Below, piece after piece: positions 6,606 to 13,345 of a stretch of 13,345 nucleotides of DNA. Position numbers and translations under genes: made by a program. Source of the DNA: Rubripirellula sp. (GTDB taxonomy: Bacteria; Planctomycetota; Planctomycetia; Pirellulales; Pirellulaceae); contig JARFQX010000458.1 in assembly GCA_029287555.1 (NCBI GenBank), positions 1 through 13,345 of the forward strand, in the 5' to 3' direction. Under the pieces are notes generated by a model. The model saw only the letters and a list, made by a program, of their open reading frames with translations. It made no database searches and was not told where the DNA came from. The first letter of the stretch is position 1; each line of letters opens with the position of its first letter.

Positions 6606-8266
6606 TGGAAGCAATGAAACAGATTATCATCGGACCACGTTCGCCGCTGGCTCTTCGCTACGCCAAGTACCTAAGCGAAGTCGGCGGTCGGACCGTCACA
6701 CTTGTGGCATTGAGTCCGCTACCGAAGACCGAAGACGGGGATCGCCCATTCCATCTCTCTGCCGAACAGTTTGCAAGTGACACATCGCGGGCTGGCGATG
6801 TTTGCCTTGTTCTCTTCGACGTCCGCCATTGCTGCGACGACGAGACACTCATGCAAGGTGTCGAAGAACACCTGCGGAGGAATCCCGGTGCGCTGCTGTT
6901 TCTGATCAGCAGTGCATCGATTCACAGCGGCGATCTCCGCTGCTCCCGGGCGGAAACAAAGCTTCACGATCGGTTTGGACCGCTTGCGTCGCGGCTCGTT
7001 ACCCTACGCGTGACCCACCAGGTTGGTCCCGAGACGCTGGCATCCGTGATTGACGCGGAAACTCACTCCGCCCGTGGCCGCCGATCGCGCACCTTCACGT
7101 TGCTGGAACCGACCGTCGGCGTCCGAAGCCCGAACCCGCTTGAGGCATTGTCAAGCGACCCGAATGACATCGAGACAACCCGCTCGCGCGGGACCTCCGG
7201 TGCGAGCGGATTCCGATCACTCGGCAAGCTGCTCCCGCGTCCGGGCGCATCGATGCCGGAGACTCTGCGTCCGAACAGCGTCAGCGAATTGCTGACGCTT
7301 TACCATCCCTACAGCTACCAGCACGTGCAGATCGCCGGGTGCAACACGGGCGTCAAGCATTTTGGCTGGGAGTTTCCCGGCAAGACCCTGATCCAAACAA
7401 TCCGAACTGCCAGACGGGCCCGCGTGCGTGGCGACCGACTTGATGTTGACGCCGGACTGACGCTGAAACTGGCAATCGAGTGCCTGCGCCGAGTCGAGAA
7501 GGAGTTCTACGTTGTCCCCAACTACTCCTACATCAGCATGGGGACCATCTTCTTTGTTCCGGTACATGGCTCCGGCAGCGATGTGTCCACGCTGGGCGAA
7601 ACGATCGAAAAGGCACTGCTGTATCTGCCGGACGAGGACCGATTCCTGCGAATCAAACGAGGGGACCCCAATTTTGGTCGCTACATCTACCGGCCTGAAT
7701 CGAAAGCGCTTGTTTTACGCTTGACCTTTCGCATTCGTGATCAAACGCGTTATTTCGTCAAACAATCGACACACGCCACGCCGCGGGCGCGTGAAATCGT
7801 CGATCACTTCAGCGATCCGGAAGCCGTGAACGTTGAAATCCGCAAGTCGAAGGCAGCAGATGATTGTGTCACGATTCGAAAGTACTACGAGCATGACCAG
7901 ATTGCTTCCGGAAAACCGCTCGAGCTTCCCAAGGACTCGCTCGGCCGGCTCTGGGATCGATTGGAGGAAACACCGGTCGTGTCTCACCTCTTCCACGAGT
8001 ACGTACGTCGATTCGGCTATCACGTCGAATTGTTCCTCAGCAAAACCCAATTCGATCGGTTTTGGAAGGCTCATCGAGAGCTTCCGCTCAGGAAGATTCA
8101 ACTGCGTCGCATGAAGCAGGATGGACTGCCTCATTCGCCATGCAGCGACTGCGACCGAATCTCGGCCGACCTGTTCATGAAGCGATCCGACAAGGACCGC
8201 TTCTTAGCCTTCATCGAGCACCACTTGCCAGACGTCCACTTCAATCCCGGGAAGCACAGCCGATGA
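6602..8266 (+). CDS. two-domain protein: degenerate SDR/Rossmann-like N-domain + PCMH-type FAD-oxidase-like (FAD_binding_4 / ALO-DprE1-like) C-domain
   Basis: The start ATG at 6602 overlaps the psd stop (ATGA). N-domain: KQIIIGPRSPLALRYAKYLSEVGGRTVTLVA (beta1-loop-helix pattern), LISSASIHSG...CSRAETK (at the SDR S...YxxxK position, with Y replaced), LVTLRVTHQVGPE. A low-complexity R/S/P/T linker follows (~7064-7261). C-domain: VQIAGCNTGVKHFG (at the GGGHS position), LDVDAGLTLKLAIECL, SMGTIFFVPVHGSGSDVSTLGETI (cf. tvGGaiat.ahGsg..yG), and a C-terminal VHFNPGKH (cf. HWGK of ALO/GULO). This is a motif-level call only. 554 aa. Confidence 0.55.
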   Translation: MMEAMKQIIIGPRSPLALRYAKYLSEVGGRTVTLVALSPLPKTEDGDRPFHLSAEQFASDTSRAGDVCLVLFDVRHCCDDETLMQGVEEHLRRNPGALLFLISSASIHSGDLRCSRAETKLHDRFGPLASRLVTLRVTHQVGPETLASVIDAETHSARGRRSRTFTLLEPTVGVRSPNPLEALSSDPNDIETTRSRGTSGASGFRSLGKLLPRPGASMPETLRPNSVSELLTLYHPYSYQHVQIAGCNTGVKHFGWEFPGKTLIQTIRTARRARVRGDRLDVDAGLTLKLAIECLRRVEKEFYVVPNYSYISMGTIFFVPVHGSGSDVSTLGETIEKALLYLPDEDRFLRIKRGDPNFGRYIYRPESKALVLRLTFRIRDQTRYFVKQSTHATPRAREIVDHFSDPEAVNVEIRKSKAADDCVTIRKYYEHDQIASGKPLELPKDSLGRLWDRLEETPVVSHLFHEYVRRFGYHVELFLSKTQFDRFWKAHRELPLRKIQLRRMKQDGLPHSPCSDCDRISADLFMKRSDKDRFLAFIEHHLPDVHFNPGKHSR

Positions 8267-10419
8267 GGTCATCCACTGTCGCAGATGTCCGAATCGAGGA
8301 CGCGTTCGGTCAGCTGATGGACCGGCAGCTACCCAATCTGTTTCGCTTATACCTCAATCCGATCGTGACGCAGGCGTGTCTTTGCCTCTCGCGGATCGCC
8401 TCCGCAAGCAAGGATGGAGTGCGGAGCAGTGGCGGAACGTATCAGATTTTTCTTGCCAACGGCCACGACGAAGCGTTGAGTGGTGCCATAAAACTGACCC
8501 GATACATCCAGAACCTGCGCCGTCGAGATGCCAAGGTACTCATTCGGGGACCGCAACACCGTATCGCACACTTCGCCTCCACGGTCCTTCCGAGCGGACG
8601 CCGCATATGCTTTGTGCCCGAGGTGATGGAGTGCTTCGACGGCGAGGAAAGCACCAGTGCACCGGATCCCGGGAGTTTCGGCGTTGTCGTTACTTTTGCC
8701 AGCCTCGGGCAGCTAGACAATCAACTTGGCGATAATCAGCTGACGATCTTATCCGTCGGCTTGAGGGATGTCTTCAATGCCGGTGGAGATCTCCCCCGCG
8801 GATGGTCGCCCATCGCTTGTCCCGACGTGATTGTATTCGATGCATCGTGGGTCCACCACGACGTGCCGTTCTCTGCATTTGCAGCCAAGTCCACGCTGCT
8901 TCGACATTGGCGAAAGAGAACCATGTCGATGTTTCACTCAACGACCTTTCAACCGAACACCATTGCCAGTCTTCACTTATTGAATTGCCTTCGTCGCGAT
9001 GCGTGGGCGTTCATGACATCGATGAACCCGAAGCTGGAGCGGATTGAACACGATCGCAGCTATCGATGCAAGGTTTTCAGTTCACTCTACAGCCCTTCGC
9101 TCGCGCGACTCATTCGAACCACCGGCTTCGATCAATCGGAACCGACTGCGACGGGACACAAGATTCGAATCCGAGACAAGACGGTGTTTGACGCCGTCGG
9201 CGGCGTTGCCTGCAGCATCCGAGGACACAACCCGCCATCGTATTTGGACGAGATCAACGCCGTCGAGTCCGCGAATTTGCGTGGACGCCTGCAGTCAAAG
9301 CTTGAACGGCTTGTCGGGCTCGGCCATTTCATCCCAGCCGGGAGCGGCGCCGCGGCGGTCGAAACTGCTCTCAAGGTCGGGCTGGTGAGCCAGACCAGGG
9401 GTGACTATGTGTTGGCGCTGCGAGGCGGATTTGGGGGCAAGACCCTGTTCGCCTTGACTGGTACTGATAGCGACCGGTTAAAGACAAACTTGCAACCTCT
9501 CTACCCCAAAGTGATCTTCGTCGACCCGTATGCGGCCGACAGTCTGGATGCCTTGCGACACGCAATGGATCACTTTCGAGTCGGCATCGTCCAAATGGAA
9601 TTGATCCAGGGAGTCGGTGGCGTCCGCACCATTCCCCGTGCAGTCGTCGATTATGTCCAACAGCGGCGAGAGCGAGACGGCTACTGGTTGTTTGTCGATG
9701 AAGTACAAACCGGCATGTATCGAACTGGAGAGATCACGCTTTCAAAAAGGATGGGTCTTCGCGCCGACTTTTTGACGCTCGGAAAGGGCACCTCCGACAT
9801 GATGTTTCCCTCCGCGCTGGCACTGCATTCGGACGAGGTGGAAAATCGATTGCGTGAACTCGATACCGACCTGGACACGGTGCTCAGGCAACGCCATGAG
9901 CACGCGTGGGGCTACAAGACGATTCTGAACACGCTGCAGTATTGTGAGAAGCGAGAGATCCGAGAACAGGTGTTTGCCGCCGAACAGCTGTTCAGAGAGC
10001 GTTTGCACGGCAAGATCGATTGCCTGCCGAACGTGCGGGAGATTCGAGTGTTTGGCCTGTTGATCGGCATTGAATTGAAGGCAAAACAACCGCTAGCTCG
10101 CTTTGATTCATCTCTCGCCTCACTCTACCTGCTGGAGATGCTTCGTCACCCCCAATTCCCGCTGCTCGCAGGTTTCTGTCAAAACGAACGAAATGTGCTG
10201 AAGTTAACCCCGCCCTTGACGGTCGGCGCGGAGGAGATTCACCACATCTGCGACACCGTCATCGATTCTCTCAGCCGGCCCCTATCGAAGCTTGCGCTGT
10301 CAGGCGTCGGCGCGAAGTTGCGTTGCCACCTGCCCATTCAGGTCCTACGGGCTCGAGCACAACCGATCCTCAAAGTGTCAGCCGCGAACCCATCATCGCC
10401 ACACGATTCTGCGGCGTGA
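8263..10419 (+). CDS. tandem class-III (fold type I) aminotransferase: degenerate N-terminal copy + intact PLP-dependent C-terminal copy
   Basis: The start ATG at 8263 overlaps the upstream stop (ATGA). C-terminal copy: GHNPPSYLDEI, IPAGSGAAAVETALKVG, LFVDEVQTGMYRTGE, FLTLGKGTSDMMFPSA (Schiff-base Lys codon aag at 9784-9786), VREIRVFGLLIGIEL, LKLTPPLTV. N-terminal copy: LYLNPIVTQ, FLANGHDEALSGAIKLTRY, PDVIVFDASWVHHDVPFSAFA, FHSTTFQPNTIA. 718 aa. Confidence 0.8.
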   Translation: MRSSTVADVRIEDAFGQLMDRQLPNLFRLYLNPIVTQACLCLSRIASASKDGVRSSGGTYQIFLANGHDEALSGAIKLTRYIQNLRRRDAKVLIRGPQHRIAHFASTVLPSGRRICFVPEVMECFDGEESTSAPDPGSFGVVVTFASLGQLDNQLGDNQLTILSVGLRDVFNAGGDLPRGWSPIACPDVIVFDASWVHHDVPFSAFAAKSTLLRHWRKRTMSMFHSTTFQPNTIASLHLLNCLRRDAWAFMTSMNPKLERIEHDRSYRCKVFSSLYSPSLARLIRTTGFDQSEPTATGHKIRIRDKTVFDAVGGVACSIRGHNPPSYLDEINAVESANLRGRLQSKLERLVGLGHFIPAGSGAAAVETALKVGLVSQTRGDYVLALRGGFGGKTLFALTGTDSDRLKTNLQPLYPKVIFVDPYAADSLDALRHAMDHFRVGIVQMELIQGVGGVRTIPRAVVDYVQQRRERDGYWLFVDEVQTGMYRTGEITLSKRMGLRADFLTLGKGTSDMMFPSALALHSDEVENRLRELDTDLDTVLRQRHEHAWGYKTILNTLQYCEKREIREQVFAAEQLFRERLHGKIDCLPNVREIRVFGLLIGIELKAKQPLARFDSSLASLYLLEMLRHPQFPLLAGFCQNERNVLKLTPPLTVGAEEIHHICDTVIDSLSRPLSKLALSGVGAKLRCHLPIQVLRARAQPILKVSAANPSSPHDSAA

Positions 10420-10437
10420 TTCCGGCTCAAGATCCGA

Positions 10438-10443
10438 AAGGAG
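10438..10443 (+). promoter_or_regulatory. Shine-Dalgarno AAGGAG for the membrane-protein gene
   Basis: The sequence reads gaAAGGAGaagtccATG, with a 6-nt spacer to the ATG at 10450. Confidence 0.55.
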
Positions 10444-10449
10444 AAGTCC

Positions 10450-10935
10450 ATGGTCCACCCCCTGATGATCGATTTCCAGGAATTGTACCGCCGACACCTC
10501 TGTCGGCATTCTCAGTTTGGTCTCAACGTCTTGCACCTGGTCGCCGTTGTCGGGATCTACCTTTCGCTCTATCGCATCGTATTCTCGCTGCCGGGCTCGA
10601 TGTGGATTCTTGGAGCCGGATTGGCACTCTACCTTGGAATCCTATTGGCAAAGCTGCCCTTTCGGTTGTGGCTGATTAACACGGTCATGGTGCTGTTGTT
10701 GCTGTCCCTTGCCGCAGCTGCTCCAGCATTTCCCATCTGGGGATACGCCCTGCTGATCGTAGTCCTGCACTGGTTCCAGAACTGGTCGCACCGAATCTAC
10801 ACAACGGCGTTCGACATGAGCGCCTACAAGGAAAAATATCCAAAGGGCCTGCCGTTGTTTTTGACCTTATCGTTGTTCGAGCTGCCGATCTTGTTGAACT
10901 ATCTGGCGTTCGACCGAAGAAGCTGGGCATCGTGA
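10450..10935 (+). CDS. small polytopic membrane protein, possibly DUF962/Mpo1-like
   Basis: 161 aa with 4-5 hydrophobic spans (VLHLVAVVGIYLSLY, WILGAGLALYLGILLA, LINTVMVLLLLSLAAAAPAF, IWGYALLIVVL, LPLFLTLSLFELPILLNYLAF). The His pattern YRRH...NVLH and WFQNWSH resembles yeast Mpo1 (YHHNPKNVLIH and IFQFVGH). The resemblance is judged from memory of that sequence and was not computed. Confidence 0.6.
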   Translation: MVHPLMIDFQELYRRHLCRHSQFGLNVLHLVAVVGIYLSLYRIVFSLPGSMWILGAGLALYLGILLAKLPFRLWLINTVMVLLLLSLAAAAPAFPIWGYALLIVVLHWFQNWSHRIYTTAFDMSAYKEKYPKGLPLFLTLSLFELPILLNYLAFDRRSWAS

Positions 10936-11678
10936 TGCTGATCTCAAAATCCAAGCGAGTTAGAAGGACGGGGCCAGATTTTGTTCCGCAGTCGGATCCG
11001 TTTCGGCCGGTACATATTCGCCCGGCGGTTGAACCCGATCCAGGACGAGCGAGGTTGCGAGCACGTTCTGCTTTAGTGTCCGAGGTCGTCGTCTTGCTGC
11101 ACGGATTTGGCGCGCGTCCACTGATGATGCGAGGGATCGAAAGAAAGCTGCGGCAGAACCGATTCGACGTCATCAACTGGGGTTACGCGAGCACGCGTCA
11201 ATCCATAGCCTTCCACAGCGGGAGGCTGCGGGATGCGCTGGTGGGTTGTCGGCTAGTCGTTGATTACGGGCGTGTTCACCTGGTGGGTTACAGCATGGGC
11301 GCGATCATCGCCCGACACGCGGTTGCATCCCACGCGGACTTTCCTCCGGGTCGAATCGTTTTGTTAGCGGCACCCAACCAGGGAACGCACGTTGCCCGCA
11401 CAGCGGCCCGCGTGATCGGCAGGTTCTGTCCCACGCTCAACGACCTGTCCGACGCACGTTTCAGTACGGCGAACGTGATTCACACTCCCCGGGACCGGGA
11501 AATAGGAGTCATCGCCGCGAAGAACGATTGGGTGGTGCCACTATCACACACCCACCTGGCCGACCAACGAGACCACATCGTCGTGCCCGGCGATCACTTA
11601 CGACTACCACTGCTGCGAGAAACCAGTCGCCAAGTCGTAAAATTTCTGCAGAACGGCTCGTTTTCTAGGGCAAGTTGA
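10932..11678 (+). CDS. alpha/beta-fold serine hydrolase (lipase/esterase-like)
   Basis: Oxyanion region VVVLLHGFG, nucleophile elbow HLVGYSMGAII (GxSxG), later AAKNDWVVP (Asp) and VPGDHLRLP (His). The GTG at 10932 / ATG at 10935 overlaps the upstream TGA (10933-10935). A shorter start at the GTG at 11076 (MSEVVVLLHGFG) is also possible, because the first ~48 aa are a basic, Pro-rich extension with no signal-peptide character. Confidence 0.8.
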   Translation: MMLISKSKRVRRTGPDFVPQSDPFRPVHIRPAVEPDPGRARLRARSALVSEVVVLLHGFGARPLMMRGIERKLRQNRFDVINWGYASTRQSIAFHSGRLRDALVGCRLVVDYGRVHLVGYSMGAIIARHAVASHADFPPGRIVLLAAPNQGTHVARTAARVIGRFCPTLNDLSDARFSTANVIHTPRDREIGVIAAKNDWVVPLSHTHLADQRDHIVVPGDHLRLPLLRETSRQVVKFLQNGSFSRAS

Positions 11679-11992
11679 AACGGTTTTCCAACTGGGTCGG
11701 CCACTCCGGTGCGCAGGATTGTTCGGTACTGATCTTCGCACCGATTCACCAAGACACATCGCTCCAATCCGAACTCGCATTTCCTTCTATCCAACTCCGT
11801 GCCTCTGCGAGGCTGTGAGCAGGCTCCTTTCAGTAGCGGCGTGCTCCCTGGATCGTCCGGCATCCTGTTCAATGCGCTATACTCGACGGTAAGAGACTTC
11901 GGAAACGGTCAACTCTTCCGCGGATCTTGTCACCGACCGGGTGAGCGGACCGCGACGCTGGAAAGATCAATTCACTGTTGGAACCACTGAAG

Positions 11993-13345
11993 ATGGATGC
12001 TGGACTCTTTGTTACGACCGGTGCTCAGCGACAGGCTCGGCTTTGGATCGTCGTTTTTCTTTCTCTTGTTGCCCTGATACCGACGGGCTGCAGTCGCAAG
12101 CATGAGGTCGACGTCATCTCACCGCAGGAAAGTGGGGTCGTCATATCGGAGATGGAGAGTACTCTGTCGGAAAACGACTGGGGCGGCTGGCGTGGGCCGA
12201 GTGGCGACGGGATCGCCGTGCCGCAAGAGATTGTCACGACGTGGGATGAGACCACCAACGTTCTTTGGCGCGCCGACGTACCGGGACGGGGACACAGTTC
12301 TCCCATCGTGGTTGGTGATTCGGTCTTTCTGGCAACCGCGATTCAGGCCGAGGAAACGCAGTGCGTGATCGCCTACAACCGTGTCGATGGGACGGAACGG
12401 TGGCGCACCGTTCTTCATCGAGGTGGTTTTCCGTCGTCTCGAGAAGTCCATCAGAAGGCCACCAACGCCAACGGCACGATCGCCAGTGATGGACAGCGAC
12501 TATACATCGCGATGCTCAACTCCAAGGCGATCATCGCCTCCGCCCTTGATCTGGACGGTAATCTTTTGTGGCAACAGGAGGTCGGCAAATTCGCTTCCAA
12601 ATTCGGCTACGCACCCTCACCCGTGATCTACAAATCACTCGTTATCTTTGCGGCCGACAATAGCGGGGGTGGGTACCTCGCGGCGGTCGACGGCGCCAGC
12701 GGCAAGGTTGCCTGGCGCGTCTCGCGCGGCCAAGTCGACAGCTACGCCAGCCCGGCGATCGCCAACGTGGGCGGTCGTGACCAGTTGCTGATCAGCGGAT
12801 GCGATGCCGTGACGAGCTACGATCCCGCTACCGGCGAAGAGCTTTGGAGGACGCCCTGCATTGCCGACTCAACGTGCGGAACGATTGTGACCACGACGGA
12901 TCGAATCCTTGCCAGCGGCGGTTTTCCGGAAATGGAAACGGTTTGCCTGTCTGCCGAAGGCGACAAGATCTGGTCCAATTCCGAACAGGTTTATGAACCG
13001 TCGATGATTGTTGTCGGGAACTATGTCGTGGGAGTCAATGATGATGGGATCGCGACGTGCTGGGAGATTGAATCAGGAGAGCGTCAATGGAAGAAACGTT
13101 TGGGCGGAAACTTCAGTGCCTCCCCGGTGTTGGTCGATGACATGGTGATCGTACCGAACCTTGAAGGATCGACATTCGTTTTTCATGCGAGCGAAGAATT
13201 TGACGAGATTGCCGAGAACCGCCTCGGCGACGATGCCTACGCGAGCCCGGCGGTTGCAGGAGGACAAATTTTTCTTCGCATCGGGGTCGGAAAAGGGACC
13301 GACAGGCGCGAGCAACTCGTTTGCATCGGCGAGGTAGCCTCCTGA
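11993..13345 (+). CDS. PQQ-like (BamB-type) beta-propeller repeat lipoprotein
   Basis: From the ATG at 11993 the protein starts MDAGLFVTTGAQRQARLWIVVFLSLVALIPTGCSR, a signal peptide plus a lipobox-like TGC (Cys codon at 12089-12091). Propeller blades recur: NVLWRADVPGRGHSSPIVVGDSVFLAT, GTERWRT, GNLLWQQEVG, GKVAWRV, GEELWRT, GERQWKKRLGGNFSASPVLVD, ASPAVAGGQIFLR. The stop lies at 13343-13345. The TTG at 11978 is a less likely start. Confidence 0.85.
   Translation: MDAGLFVTTGAQRQARLWIVVFLSLVALIPTGCSRKHEVDVISPQESGVVISEMESTLSENDWGGWRGPSGDGIAVPQEIVTTWDETTNVLWRADVPGRGHSSPIVVGDSVFLATAIQAEETQCVIAYNRVDGTERWRTVLHRGGFPSSREVHQKATNANGTIASDGQRLYIAMLNSKAIIASALDLDGNLLWQQEVGKFASKFGYAPSPVIYKSLVIFAADNSGGGYLAAVDGASGKVAWRVSRGQVDSYASPAIANVGGRDQLLISGCDAVTSYDPATGEELWRTPCIADSTCGTIVTTTDRILASGGFPEMETVCLSAEGDKIWSNSEQVYEPSMIVVGNYVVGVNDDGIATCWEIESGERQWKKRLGGNFSASPVLVDDMVIVPNLEGSTFVFHASEEFDEIAENRLGDDAYASPAVAGGQIFLRIGVGKGTDRREQLVCIGEVAS

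Noticed and set aside
7715-8134. Minus-strand ORFs inside the rightward operon: 7715..8134, 7217..7567, 9742..10089, 9132..9374 and 10685..11176
   Set aside because: They lie antisense to genes with clear domain signatures and have no motifs of their own. They are shadow ORFs.
11673-11693. Small hairpin AGTTGAAAC-GG-TTTTCCAACT overlapping the hydrolase stop codon, considered as an intrinsic terminator
   Set aside because: The stem is short, AT-rich and has a bulge. It is not followed by a U-tract, so it is too weak to call.
1-13345. Mobile elements, defence systems, CRISPR arrays, tRNA/rRNA genes, long direct or terminal inverted repeats
   Set aside because: Reading both strands, I found no transposase, integrase or nuclease-type ORFs, no spaced repeat arrays, no cloverleaf-like or rRNA-like segments, and no long repeats. 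The window looks like chromosomal metabolic DNA.

Overview
By eye this is a moderately GC-rich bacterial chromosomal window. Its style (frequent CGATCG, a PQQ-propeller lipoprotein) is reminiscent of Pirellulaceae-type planctomycetes, but that is unverified. I support 10 complete protein-coding genes plus one doubtful partial ORF at the left edge. I saw no rRNA, tRNA, CRISPR array, transposase or integrase. The core is two divergently transcribed operons sharing a ~410-bp control region (3669-4078). The leftward operon runs class I SAM methyltransferase, then GT4 glycosyltransferase (SqdX/Agt-like), then an LpxH-family metallophosphoesterase (PlcP-like). The last two genes look like the phosphate-stress lipid-renovation module known from Sinorhizobium and marine heterotrophs. 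The rightward operon has six tightly coupled genes: a GMC flavoprotein oxidoreductase, a phosphatidylserine-decarboxylase-family pyruvoyl proenzyme, a Rossmann-like + PCMH/FAD-oxidase-like fusion, and a tandem class-III aminotransferase with a degenerate N-terminal copy and an intact C-terminal copy. The last two genes are a small DUF962/Mpo1-like membrane protein and a Ser-Asp-His alpha/beta hydrolase. My main hypothesis is that the whole 498-11678 block is an undescribed membrane-lipid head-group tailoring system that converts a diacylglycerol-linked head group into a possibly N-methylated amine. This is inference from domain logic only and needs homology searches and lipidomics. The right flank is an ordinary-looking PQQ-like beta-propeller lipoprotein.
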